Positions 46,409 through 56,359 are shown, numbered from the stretch's first letter. The stretch: 64,000 nucleotides of DNA from Planctomycetota bacterium (GCA_027001995.1 JALTLO010000023.1:19156-83155), one strand, 5' to 3'. The notes: a model not told the origin generated them from the letters alone. Numbers and translations are program-made.

Positions 46409-47017
46409 TTAGCCACCGAAACCCATGGCCCACTGTTTCTCGCTGACGAATCCTCGCCAACTCTGACATCGTTGACCTTTCCTTGTGGTGATACAGGGAG
46501 ACCAATCTGGTTGGGTTGGTCGGCGAAGCAAACGCAGCCCACACTCCGACAAAGCTTTGTCACCCTTGGCGTTGTTGCACCGGCGACAAGCAATGACACA
46601 GTTCTCCCAGGTGTTCTTCCCGCCAACAGAGCGAGGCACGACATGGTCAATCGTCATTTCGCTGTGGTGAACGTGGCGCCCACAGTATTGACACAAGTTT
46701 CCATCCCGTCGATGAACATTACGTCGACTGAAAGGGACCTTGTTGCCAGGAATCTTATTGTAAGCCATCAAGACAATGACCTCGGGCAATCGAATAATAA
46801 GATTAGGCGTTCGAATGGCACCCCCTTCAGGCAATGGACTTAGGGTGCACCAAGATTCAAAGTCGTGGACTTGATACGTATCAGGTTGAATGAGGCGGGC
46901 GGAGTCCTTGATGACCAAGTTGAGTGCATGGCGAACCGTCGTTGTGCTGATGGGAACCCATGACTTATTAAGAACTAAAGTCGGGGCCGTTAACCCCCAC
47001 CCAAGAGACTGGCCCAT
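46409..47017 (-). CDS. HNH endonuclease
   Basis: RDGNLCQYCG...TIDHVVPRSVGG...WENCVIACRRCNNAKG. Confidence 0.92.
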   Translation of the reverse strand: MGQSLGWGLTAPTLVLNKSWVPISTTTVRHALNLVIKDSARLIQPDTYQVHDFESWCTLSPLPEGGAIRTPNLIIRLPEVIVLMAYNKIPGNKVPFSRRNVHRRDGNLCQYCGRHVHHSEMTIDHVVPRSVGGKNTWENCVIACRRCNNAKGDKALSECGLRLLRRPTQPDWSPCITTRKGQRCQSWRGFVSEKQWAMGFGG

Positions 47018-47216
47018 TTGGGATCTCCTCTGTGCGTGAAACTTAATTCAGATAATTATAGGGCCTCTAGGGCCCAAAACACTGCAGAATTCTTCTCCAG
47101 CCACCGGAAAAGGCCTAGTTTTTGAGGATTAGATTGCCAAGAAGAGCCCCCCATAGAAGTTATAGTTGAGCCGAACTCGGTCTCTCTTCTTGAGATCGTC
47201 ATAACGGAAATAATCC

Positions 47217-47741
47217 ATGATGAACCCACAATCTCGCATTCGTAAACTCTTCATTGGCGCAGCCTTAGGTGTCAGCTGCATATTCTCACAAGGGTGCAGA
47301 AGCGTAGAAGAAACCCGCAACCCATTGAGTGATACCCTCGTGGGAATGGGTGCAACCGCCCCTGTTGAAGTAAAGAACACCTCTGAGGAGTTGTCACGGA
47401 TTCAATTCGATGATATCCCGGTGCCTCCCGGATTCTTCTTCAGGAACCATCGCAATGAAAGCTATAGCTTTGTCGATGGTGACTTACGGCTGGGCCGTTT
47501 TGTCTATTGGGGCCGCAGTTTTGCTGCACCGTCCCGTCGTCAATACCTGGAATTGCTGGCCAAGGATCCGTACAACTGGACTCCTGTTTCTGGTTTCTCT
47601 GAAAACGAAACAGGCCCATGGATATTCGAAAAGAATGGTGAACGTTGTGTTGTCACGAGTCGACGCTTCTTTCATGACGCCAGGAATGGCAATGTGATCA
47701 CCGTTTCCGTTGGAAAGCACGTGAAATATGACGACAAATAA
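47217..47741 (+). CDS. Hypothetical lipoprotein
   Basis: Lipobox-like SQGC; FDDIPVPPGF motif. Confidence 0.65.
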   Translation: MMNPQSRIRKLFIGAALGVSCIFSQGCRSVEETRNPLSDTLVGMGATAPVEVKNTSEELSRIQFDDIPVPPGFFFRNHRNESYSFVDGDLRLGRFVYWGRSFAAPSRRQYLELLAKDPYNWTPVSGFSENETGPWIFEKNGERCVVTSRRFFHDARNGNVITVSVGKHVKYDDK

Positions 47742-49113
47742 CGACGCAGACGCCAAGAACGCCCCCTGGTGGGAACGCCTGACAGATTCTTCTACAGACG
47801 CTGATTCTGGCCGTCGCACCATGAAGCTTCTCATGATCCTCGCTGTTGTGATCCTGATTGGCGTGAGCGTCTGGAACTTCATGAAGAGTTCCGACGCAAG
47901 CGCAGAGAATCAAAGAGCTGAGATTCTTGAAGAAGGGCTCCTTCTTCTGCCGGATCGCCCTGACATGAACTATGGCAGCATTCCCGACATCACCTCTATC
48001 ATGATGGGGCAACGAGCCACCGTGTCTTCGGCCTTCCTACGAAGCCGTCCTGGACTTGTCGGACGTGATTCCGTTGCCGGAAATCGCCAGGACCCAGAAG
48101 CTGCCAAGGCCTACAAAGAAGCTGTTGAGGTCGCTATTCAAGACCTCAAGGACAAAAAGTCCGAATTTCCAGAAGGTCCATGGGAAGCCCGCTATCTTCA
48201 CACATTGCAGCAGCTCCACTTTTTTGCTGCTCTCAATAGCAGCAAGCAAGAAGACCGTCTCTCGCATCTCAATGCGCAGATCGCTATTTTAGACGACCTG
48301 AAGAGCCGATACGGCAAGGAGGGCCTATTCTCCCTCAAGCCTATCCCTGCAGAGCCAGAAAAGACCGTGTTGGACTTCTACTATGATGCCGGCACCGCTG
48401 AGCTCGCATTCTGGAAAGCCAACAACGTCGACGGCGCCCTCAAACCAGATCAAAACCTGAAAATCGTGATTGAGCTGGAGAACGGCAAGGTTCTCGAATT
48501 AGAGACTTTCAGCCAGATAGCCCCCGTAACTTTGGCCAACTTCCTAAACTTGGCGAAACAGGGCATGTTTGACGGAACCGCATTTTTCAAGGTTGACGCA
48601 GACGCTGGAACCTTCGTCGGGGGAAGCCCTTACAGCCGTCTCTACCCAGATCGCAAGTTCATCTGGGGCTTAGAAAGCCCGGGCTATGTCTTGCCAATGG
48701 AGACCTCGGCCCTGTTGCCAACAGACCGGGGTGCGGTTTCCGTGGTGCGTACGGGAATTCCGGGTCATGGCCTATTCTTCAAAATTCATACCGTTGACGC
48801 GGATGTTTCGAGCTCTGTAGAAACAGTGTTTGCCAAAGTCACCAAGGGACTGGATGGCTTGGCGGAATGGCTCACAACAGAAGTTCATGATGAAGCCGGT
48901 CTGACCAACGACAAGTTGCCTCGGGTTCGCCTTGGCATCAAGAAGATCACCGTGACTGGCACCATGGATCATCCTTCGGATGACAGCTGGAAACCAAAGC
49001 TGCTCGAGATGAATCCGGGGCCAGAAACAGCCGCCGAAAAAGCTTTCATGGAGAAGCTCAAGGCTGTTAAAGAAAACAAAGACAAAGATGATTCGACAGA
49101 GAGCGGGAAGTAA
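47728..49113 (+). CDS. Membrane-anchored protein with degenerate cyclophilin (PPIase) domain
   Basis: TM helix; APVTLANFLNLAKQGMFDGTAFFKV and TVFAKVTKGLD cyclophilin framework. Confidence 0.75.
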   Translation: MTTNNDADAKNAPWWERLTDSSTDADSGRRTMKLLMILAVVILIGVSVWNFMKSSDASAENQRAEILEEGLLLLPDRPDMNYGSIPDITSIMMGQRATVSSAFLRSRPGLVGRDSVAGNRQDPEAAKAYKEAVEVAIQDLKDKKSEFPEGPWEARYLHTLQQLHFFAALNSSKQEDRLSHLNAQIAILDDLKSRYGKEGLFSLKPIPAEPEKTVLDFYYDAGTAELAFWKANNVDGALKPDQNLKIVIELENGKVLELETFSQIAPVTLANFLNLAKQGMFDGTAFFKVDADAGTFVGGSPYSRLYPDRKFIWGLESPGYVLPMETSALLPTDRGAVSVVRTGIPGHGLFFKIHTVDADVSSSVETVFAKVTKGLDGLAEWLTTEVHDEAGLTNDKLPRVRLGIKKITVTGTMDHPSDDSWKPKLLEMNPGPETAAEKAFMEKLKAVKENKDKDDSTESGK

Positions 49114-49151
49114 CAGCCCACACTCCAAGATAAATCTTCAATCGGTTTCAC

Positions 49152-49185
49152 AGAAAAAGCCAACCCCCAGAGGTTGGCTTTTTCT
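49152..49185. terminator. Bidirectional intrinsic terminator between convergent genes
   Basis: AGAAAAAGCCAACC-CCCAGA-GGTTGGCTTTTTCT. Confidence 0.8.
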
Positions 49186-49218
49186 ATGGTTCGCGCTAAA
49201 GACTTTCACAACAACAAC

Positions 49219-50136
49219 TTACAGACCTTCGCCACCATCCATTTCCAAGGTTGGTCGTTGGGCCTGTGCGCCTTCCTCGATGCAAGACAAGATCCTATTG
49301 AGGGAAGACGTGTCATAGTACTCGATAACAATACGGCCCTTCTTGCCTTTTCCGGAGAGTGCCACCTTGGTTCCAAGGGCCTCTCGCAAACGACTGACCA
49401 CGGCCGTGAGATGGGGGTCCCTTCCTCCCCCACTAGGCAAGGCTCCCCCTTCTTTCGTTCCACTTGAAAGCCGAGACAACCGCTCGAGATCTCGAACCGT
49501 CAACGCCCCTTTTGCGGCCTCCTTCGCCGCTGAAAGCTGGCGCTTAGGGTCGGTGAAAGCCAACAAAGCTTTTGCTTGGCCCATAGACAAGAGCCGAGCC
49601 GATGTCATCTCTTGAATCTCCCCAGGCAAATCTAAAAGTCGAACAAAGTTCGCTACGGTGGAACGTTTTTGGCTCAGCCTCTTAGCGGCTTCCCCTTGGG
49701 TTAAACTAAACTCACGGATCAGCTTGCTGTAAGCCTTGGCTTTTTCGATTGGATCCAGATCTTCCCGTTGGATGTTTTCGATCAGAGCCAACTCGAGCAT
49801 CTCTTGATCGTTCACATCATGAATCGTGGCAGGAATCGTCTCCAGTCCCAGTTCGCTGGACGCCCGCCAGCGACGTTCGCCAGAAATGAGCTCATAGCCA
49901 TCCTCTACCTTGCGAACCGCAACTGGTTGAATGATCCCATGGAGCCGAATGCTCTCGATCAAGTCATTGAGGGCTTCTAGGTCAAAGATCCGGCGGGGCT
50001 GATGTACATTCGGGCGAATGGAAGCCACTGGGACAACCCCAATCGGCTCTGGACTTGTCTCTGTGGATTCTTCCTTCTCAGGAGTCGTTCGCTTGATGAG
50101 AAAATCGAGTCCTCTACCAAGTTTTCTTTCTACCAT
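49219..50136 (-). CDS. parB: Chromosome partitioning protein ParB/Spo0J
   Basis: LGRGLDFLI N-terminal peptide, QPR, GERRWRA CTP motif, ENIQREDL, HTH. Confidence 0.96.
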   Translation of the reverse strand: MVERKLGRGLDFLIKRTTPEKEESTETSPEPIGVVPVASIRPNVHQPRRIFDLEALNDLIESIRLHGIIQPVAVRKVEDGYELISGERRWRASSELGLETIPATIHDVNDQEMLELALIENIQREDLDPIEKAKAYSKLIREFSLTQGEAAKRLSQKRSTVANFVRLLDLPGEIQEMTSARLLSMGQAKALLAFTDPKRQLSAAKEAAKGALTVRDLERLSRLSSGTKEGGALPSGGGRDPHLTAVVSRLREALGTKVALSGKGKKGRIVIEYYDTSSLNRILSCIEEGAQAQRPTLEMDGGEGL

Positions 50137-50881
50137 GTGTCATAACTTCCTTTGCAAATTGAACATAGGCCCGAGCAGCCCTCGATTCTAGTGAATACTG
50201 AAGCAGTGTTTGCTTTGCTGATTGGCTTTCACGCACTTTTTCGTCCCTGGGGATAACCGTGGGAGAAAACAATTCTGGGTACTCAAAATCCAAATCCCGC
50301 CTAACATCAGCAGATAAGCTGTTGCGATCACGAAAACGTGTCATCAAAATTCGAATAGAGACATCTTTGTCAGCCAACGGCTCTCGGACATCTCGAATAA
50401 ATGTGAGAATCTCAGCGGTGGACTCTTTGGCGAACAACTCCGCCTCCACAGGAATAACGACGGTGTCTGCTACACACAGAGCCGCAGTGGTCCAAGAATT
50501 GAGGGCTGAGGGGCAATCAATGACGCACCAAGGATACTGAAACCTGAGCTCCCTCAAGGCCGCCTGGAGGTGAATGTGGGCATCTGGGGCCAAAATGACG
50601 TTTTCGGTTCCGATATCAGAAGGAATCAGGTCCAACCCCGCAACAACAGAGCGCACAAGGAGACCAATGGAGCTTACCTGCTCCTCTCCAGCCAAGACTC
50701 GCTCTAAGACCCCTGTTTGGGGCCGCGCTACCGACAACTGGCTGGACACATCGCCTTTGTCGTCAAAATCCAGCAAAAGGGCCCCTTGGCCACCCAAAGC
50801 GAAGGCTTGGGCAATATTGAGGGCTGTGGTTGTTTTTCCAACCCCTTCTCTTGGACTGACAATTGTGACGATGCGACTCAT
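50114..50881 (-). CDS. parA: ParA/Soj-family ATPase with atypical Walker A
   Basis: REGVGKTT, IDCP, IPVEAE, IPRDEKVRES; overlaps the parB start. Confidence 0.85.
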   Translation of the reverse strand: MSRIVTIVSPREGVGKTTTALNIAQAFALGGQGALLLDFDDKGDVSSQLSVARPQTGVLERVLAGEEQVSSIGLLVRSVVAGLDLIPSDIGTENVILAPDAHIHLQAALRELRFQYPWCVIDCPSALNSWTTAALCVADTVVIPVEAELFAKESTAEILTFIRDVREPLADKDVSIRILMTRFRDRNSLSADVRRDLDFEYPELFSPTVIPRDEKVRESQSAKQTLLQYSLESRAARAYVQFAKEVMTHGRKKTW

Positions 50882-50957
50882 ATGCGGTTCTTCGATATTG
50901 GTTTACGGGCAGATCCTACTCAATCCCAAGGACGATCCCCCAGATTCACAGAAAAGG

Positions 50958-50973
50958 TGTTCCACGTGGAACA
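50958..50973. promoter_or_regulatory. parS site 1
   Basis: Perfect palindrome TGTTCCACGTGGAACA matching the parS consensus, 77 nt upstream of parA. Confidence 0.93.
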
Positions 50974-50995
50974 ATCGGACAGGCAGCATCTTCTT

Positions 50996-51011
50996 TGTTC
51001 CACGTGGAACA
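50996..51011. promoter_or_regulatory. parS site 2
   Basis: Identical palindrome TGTTCCACGTGGAACA, starting 38 nt after site 1. Confidence 0.93.
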
Positions 51012-51135
51012 ATCTCCCAGATCCGACCTAACAACAAACCCAGGCCGTGTTTCCATAGATTAACCATAGCAGTCCTTGACACTCCCCACCCTTGTGACCT
51101 ATGACTTTTCTGTGAACCCCTCAATAGGAGCTATC

Positions 51136-51891
51136 ATGATGGTCTGGAACATTATCCAAACAGCGCTACGGACCATGTGGCGATCGAAAAAGGCCGTCGT
51201 TCTATGTGGAACCGTCACCTTCATCTCCACCGTGGCAGCGGTGATGCCCCTTCGCCTGTCCACCGAGTCAAATCCTTGGTCCAACTCGTTCTTGGCCCTA
51301 CAACTCTTGATGTTTCTGGGATTTGCCCTCACCATCACCCTACCGAACCACAGCTCAACGGGCTTTCTATGGAATCAACGCCGTATTGGGCCCATCAATC
51401 TATCCAGCGAACGACTGCTTTTGTCCCAGCTCACAGGGGAAATCATAGGCGCCGCCCTCATTTGGGCCATCGTTGTGGTCCTCCAGTCCTATTTCATGAC
51501 AACCCTCACAGAAACGAATGCTTTCAGGGACTTTCTATTTCATTCCGCCATCATGCTCGTCGCAGGCATCACCCTCTTGGCATGGGCTCAGGCCATAGGC
51601 AGTCTCTTGCCCATCCCCGCAGCCATGTTGGTTGTGATCTGTATTGTTGTACTCAACCACTTCCTTCTGGACATTCAAGCCAACCCGGGCAACATCTACC
51701 TCACGAGCCTCAGCCTGGGGATCGAGCTCATTGCCAACCAAGACAACCACCAGGTGGATTGGCCTTATGTCGCCATGATCCTCGTTCTCATGGGAAGTTC
51801 TATTGGTATCGCTAACCTTTTGTCCGCTTGGATCTTAGAGGGTTATCGGGGCTCTTTGTGTTTCCTTGACCAAGGGAAGAGAAGGTCTTAG
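51136..51891 (+). CDS. Multi-pass membrane protein (ABC-2 permease-like; ORF track start 51076)
   Basis: About six TM helices; AGGAG RBS before ATG 51136. Confidence 0.55.
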   Translation: MMVWNIIQTALRTMWRSKKAVVLCGTVTFISTVAAVMPLRLSTESNPWSNSFLALQLLMFLGFALTITLPNHSSTGFLWNQRRIGPINLSSERLLLSQLTGEIIGAALIWAIVVVLQSYFMTTLTETNAFRDFLFHSAIMLVAGITLLAWAQAIGSLLPIPAAMLVVICIVVLNHFLLDIQANPGNIYLTSLSLGIELIANQDNHQVDWPYVAMILVLMGSSIGIANLLSAWILEGYRGSLCFLDQGKRRS

Positions 51892-52000
51892 AATCCCCCT
51901 TGATCTTGGTCGTTTGACAAAAACAACTGTCGCAAGATCAATTACGAAGAGAATCGGAATCCTGTCTTCGCGGACATCGGTTTCATGGGAAGGGCATTCG

Positions 52001-52726
52001 TTGCGCTACGGCATTTTAGGTGACATACACGGAAACCTGGAAGCCCTCGAGACCGTTGTTTCTGGGCTCAAGAAAGAGGGGGTCGACCACTTTATAAGTG
52101 TAGGCGACATCGTGGGTTATGGCGCCAACCCCAGAGAATGCATCCAAATCGTTCAAGACTTAAATGCCACCGTTGTGGCTGGAAACCACGACTGGGCTGC
52201 CATCGGCAAACTAGACGCAACATTCTTCAATGTCTATGCCAAACAGGCCGTCGACTGGACATCCTCTGTCCTGTCAAAAGCAGACACGGATTGGCTCAAG
52301 GCGTTGCCACTTATCCAAGTTGTCGACAATGAAATCACCGTGGGACATGCCACGATCGCAGACCCAGACCAATTCAACTACATCCAAACTTATTACGATG
52401 CTGCCCGATCGATCAACGAAATGAAGACCCATGTGGCTGTTCTGGGCCATTCACATGTGCCTTTGGCCTTTCTCATGAACGAATCTTTGCGATTATCGGT
52501 CTCTACAAAGATTGATCTTTCTAAAACCAAAAAAGCTTTGATCAACGTGGGGAGCATAGGCCAGCCCCGAGACGAAAACGCCAAAGCTGCCTACGGGCTC
52601 TACGACTCGGACACTCAGACCTATCGACTGAAGCGGGCCAGATATGACATACGCACAACCTGCAAGAAGATCATCGATGCTGGTTTGCCCCAGATCTTGG
52701 CAGAGCGGCTCAAATACGGCCGATAG
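52001..52726 (+). CDS. Calcineurin-like metallophosphoesterase (ORF track start 51866)
   Basis: GDIHGN, GDIVGYG, GNHD, GHSH, NVGSIGQPRD. Confidence 0.9.
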   Translation: MRYGILGDIHGNLEALETVVSGLKKEGVDHFISVGDIVGYGANPRECIQIVQDLNATVVAGNHDWAAIGKLDATFFNVYAKQAVDWTSSVLSKADTDWLKALPLIQVVDNEITVGHATIADPDQFNYIQTYYDAARSINEMKTHVAVLGHSHVPLAFLMNESLRLSVSTKIDLSKTKKALINVGSIGQPRDENAKAAYGLYDSDTQTYRLKRARYDIRTTCKKIIDAGLPQILAERLKYGR

Positions 52727-52741
52727 ATCGGCAAAGAGAAG

Positions 52742-53272
52742 TTACTGGTCTAAGGGGATAATTTCGCCTCGAGCGGTTTGACCATCAATCTCTAAGATTC
52801 CGACGCTTGCGGGAACCTTACCATCTCGGCGCGATGCGCTACCCGGACTAAACCACAAACGATCCTGGACTGATGCGTTAAATGGTTCGCCGGCGTGACC
52901 ATAAATTAAGACTTTCGGCTCATGCTCAATGAGCAATTGGGTTATCTCGGCGTTGGGCCGGCTTGGAGTGCCAACATCATAGCTCACTAGCAATGGGAGG
53001 CCCCAGTCTCCTCGAAAGAGTGATTTTCCCAAGGGATAATCCGCTGGGTCATCTGTGTCACCCAAGACCCCGGTGATGGGGGAGAGGTTGGACAACTCCT
53101 CCAAGATTCCTTGCCCGCCAATTCCACCGCAATGAAGGATGTAGTCCATACCCTGAAAAATGTGGGGGATCCGTGGGTGGATCTCCCCAAAAGTGTCTGC
53201 TAATACACCGATCCACATACTGTTCTTCACTACTTGCGTTTCCCAATTCTTGACAAGAGGCCTTGGTGCCAA
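52742..53272 (-). CDS. YfcE/MJ0936-like phosphoesterase homologue with degenerate metal ligands
   Basis: IGVLADTFG, LHCGGI, GDTD, GHAG, SPGS occupy the positions of the family motifs. Confidence 0.7.
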   Translation of the reverse strand: MAPRPLVKNWETQVVKNSMWIGVLADTFGEIHPRIPHIFQGMDYILHCGGIGGQGILEELSNLSPITGVLGDTDDPADYPLGKSLFRGDWGLPLLVSYDVGTPSRPNAEITQLLIEHEPKVLIYGHAGEPFNASVQDRLWFSPGSASRRDGKVPASVGILEIDGQTARGEIIPLDQ

Positions 53273-53478
53273 GCGTTCAGTAGGTTCCGATAACGATCAT
53301 CCCATACGCTTAAGTAAGCAAGTCCACTTGGAGCGCCCACCAATTCAGAGGAGAATAACGAGGCACCCAAGACAAATCGAGAGATAGAAGAGGGCAAGAA
53401 TGATAAATAGGGGAGAAAACCAAGGGTAAGAACCTAACTCACACCCACACAGGGGTTTCGAAGACACCATCCCGTACT

Positions 53479-54810
53479 CTAAGAACGAAGATAGTCCAAT
53501 TCATCAGGCAAATTATCTAAACCATCTTCGCCCAAGCGATTCTCAAACAGCATCTCGATGTGCTTCACGGGCAGATGGTCGCCAACGAAGCCCACAACCC
53601 TTTCGCCTAGATGGCGACCTGCAAGCAAGATAACCTGCATTATTGAACCCGCATAACACTTGTCGCTGCCAAAACCGATTGTCACAGGAACGTTGTGGTG
53701 AGCAACGATTTTCGCAATCAAAGACGCTGGCCGGGCATGAAGAATAACCCCATCAGGCAAAGGCAGCTCAACGGAAATCGAAGTGGTGAATTCACTCAAG
53801 AGTGATTCCGCAGCTGGAACCCCAGCCTCCATGAACTGGTAAACGAAATAGAGAGCAAAATTCAAAATACGATCCAAGACCATCGACTTGTCGATGAGCT
53901 CTGGAACCGCCGATTTTGACACTTCGCTTCGAAGATCGTCCTCATGGCGTTCATAGAAGTGAACCAAGCTCACTAAAACTTTTGTCAAATGCAAAGACAT
54001 CGACAGGGCGTGGCGAAAATCTCTCAGGACGTCATTGTTTATTTCGATGGGTGTATTCGAAATAAAGGTGTCGTAACGAGACTGGATGTTTTGGAGTTTT
54101 GCCTCCAAAAAACGAGCTTGTTCTTCGTTGCATACCCGCGAAACAAACTTACGCATCTCGTGGACATCGTCAAAGCGTTGGCAAGGAGCTCGTTCGTTCA
54201 TGGTCTTGTGGGCCGCCAGAAAGAGCGATGCTTCTGTGGCAACCATGGCACCCACATCCTCGTGATCATCAGCGCCCAAAGTGTGTGGCAATCGCTGTCG
54301 GGTGCCGTCCGGCGATAATACCTGAAGAGGTGTCTCGTCGACTGCTGACAAATCGCAACAAAGAGCCGCTTCCTTGTGAATGCTTGACAAAAGGCCACGG
54401 ACACATGTGTCGGCAAAACGCTGGGTTGATTCAACCTCGCGCCGAAACGCTTCGTCTTTCTCCGGACTTCCCAAAAAACCAGCGGCGCGGGTGTGCAGCG
54501 ATAAGATCTTGAGCCCTTGCCCAACAGAACTGAAGGCCCGCAATGAAGACACGAGCTCCAACATTCCAGCAAACGTCTCATTGAAACGGGCACCATGATC
54601 ATCCAACAAGTCTTCTACGATGGTTGATTGCTCAAGGATCGTGCTGTGCACCTTGCGGGACAGCCGTGATTTCTGATTCTGGACGGCGAGACAATCAATG
54701 TGAACGAGCACCCGAATCCGTTCGGTTAACATCACGGAGAATTCCTCTTCAGAACAAAATTGTCTGGAGAGGGTGGCAGGCTCTGGTTGTTCCTCAGATT
54801 CAGAATTCAT
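53479..54810 (-). CDS. Large helical protein with C-terminal HPr domain
   Basis: C-terminal LHARPASLIAK (His15 equivalent) and AGSIMQVILLA (Ser46 equivalent). Confidence 0.8.
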   Translation of the reverse strand: MNSESEEQPEPATLSRQFCSEEEFSVMLTERIRVLVHIDCLAVQNQKSRLSRKVHSTILEQSTIVEDLLDDHGARFNETFAGMLELVSSLRAFSSVGQGLKILSLHTRAAGFLGSPEKDEAFRREVESTQRFADTCVRGLLSSIHKEAALCCDLSAVDETPLQVLSPDGTRQRLPHTLGADDHEDVGAMVATEASLFLAAHKTMNERAPCQRFDDVHEMRKFVSRVCNEEQARFLEAKLQNIQSRYDTFISNTPIEINNDVLRDFRHALSMSLHLTKVLVSLVHFYERHEDDLRSEVSKSAVPELIDKSMVLDRILNFALYFVYQFMEAGVPAAESLLSEFTTSISVELPLPDGVILHARPASLIAKIVAHHNVPVTIGFGSDKCYAGSIMQVILLAGRHLGERVVGFVGDHLPVKHIEMLFENRLGEDGLDNLPDELDYLRS

Positions 54811-55054
54811 CTAATTGACAGACTGCTCTCGCATGGGCGTATTCTTGTGTGACATCAATAACAAGAGACTATGAGCGAAGTTACGGCAGTTGTCAAGACT
54901 ACACCTTACCTTGCAGGTGCGACAAAACAACGCTAACATGTGCTGCAATATGGTCTTCCGACAGGTCTTAGATTCGTAGCAAAACGAAATCAAACGGAGA
55001 TCACCAGATGATGCCAACCCAAATAGCGCACAATGCGGACATCAAAAAGAGCCT

Positions 55055-56296
55055 ATGAGCAACCAAGTCCGATGTTTGATTTCCGTCCTTCTCCCTCTCA
55101 TAGACTTCGCATCTTGTAGTGTCGGCCTCATCTATTTTGGGGACTTCTCACCCATTTTGGCCTTCATCTTGGCCCTAATTTTCTGTGGCGCCAGCCACCT
55201 TTTGTGTTTGACCGATCCACTCTGTTCTCCGAGACCATCCACCGCCTTATTGGCTATCGGGGCGCTTTGTTCCCTTGGTTTCATAGGGACTCTTGGATTG
55301 GAAAGAACCCACAACCTCTTCGCCTGGGCCATGGTTGGCACTTTCATGTGGTTGGGGCGATTCATCTTGAAGGTTCTTTGCCAAATCCAGGCACAACCTG
55401 TTGCAATCCGGGGCGCAGGCCCAAGATCTCGCTTGGTCGCCTTGGCAATACAGAGGCAACCTTATGGTACTTATCGACTTAAGGCATTGTTAAGCAATCG
55501 CGCTCGCACTGCGGGTCTTCCTGCTCCCTGCTTTCTTAAGAACGCCGAATTGCCCAAGAATTGGCTCATTGTCGACCCCTTGTCCAACCCAGACCTCCGG
55601 GAGTTCTATGATCGTCGTCGTGACTGGGAAGAAAGTGATTGGTGCCTAAGGGCCCCAGAGGGCCCAGGGGATGGGGTTTCAGCTCGATTGAAACGACTAT
55701 TCGACCTCGCTATTGCTACACTTGTACTCATACCCGTGGCTTGTGTCGTGTTGCTTGTCGCTTTGATCATGACCCTCTGTGGCCAAAGGCCTCCGTTTTA
55801 TTCTCAAACGCGGCTCACCCGAGGGTCTAAGTCATTCTCAATTCTAAAACTCCGCACCATGCCCATCGACGCAGAACCCCACAACCAAGCCGTCTGGCCT
55901 CAACGCCACGATACCCGGGTTACTCCTGCTGGTCGTATCTTGCGTCAACTTTGGTTGGACGAATTGCCCCAACTTTGGAATGTGCTCAAAGGCGATCTGT
56001 CTTGGGTGGGGCCCAGGCCCGAGAGGCCAGAATTCTCTCAAGTATTTAGTAAAAGTATTCCGAAATATGCTTTGCGACATCGTGCCATGGCTGGGGTCAC
56101 CGGTCTAGCTCAAACCCGAGGCTTCGTCGGCAATACCAGCCTTCGAAAACGACTCATGTGCGATTTGGAATACATCCGAACCTGGTCACCTTGGCTCGAT
56201 TTGCAGGTCCTCATGAGGACCGTTTGCCAAGTTTTTGTGAGACGCCGACAACCAGTGTTTGATTTCACGCCTGAAGATGGGGAGCGGATTCCCTAG
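55055..56296 (+). CDS. Polyprenyl-phosphate sugar phosphotransferase (WcaJ/WbaP-like)
   Basis: KRLFDL, KLRTM, DELPQLWNVLKGDLSWVGPRPE, GVTGLAQ. Confidence 0.9.
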   Translation: MSNQVRCLISVLLPLIDFASCSVGLIYFGDFSPILAFILALIFCGASHLLCLTDPLCSPRPSTALLAIGALCSLGFIGTLGLERTHNLFAWAMVGTFMWLGRFILKVLCQIQAQPVAIRGAGPRSRLVALAIQRQPYGTYRLKALLSNRARTAGLPAPCFLKNAELPKNWLIVDPLSNPDLREFYDRRRDWEESDWCLRAPEGPGDGVSARLKRLFDLAIATLVLIPVACVVLLVALIMTLCGQRPPFYSQTRLTRGSKSFSILKLRTMPIDAEPHNQAVWPQRHDTRVTPAGRILRQLWLDELPQLWNVLKGDLSWVGPRPERPEFSQVFSKSIPKYALRHRAMAGVTGLAQTRGFVGNTSLRKRLMCDLEYIRTWSPWLDLQVLMRTVCQVFVRRRQPVFDFTPEDGERIP

Positions 56297-56359
56297 CATC
56301 TTGAACGGTGTGAAAGGGAGATTCGTGCTATTTCAGCTCCAAGCTCAATAGAAACCTAC

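Noticed and set aside
46409..47017. HNH gene as a homing endonuclease or defence system
   Set aside because: Stand-alone HNH with no intron, methylase, cas genes or flanking repeats
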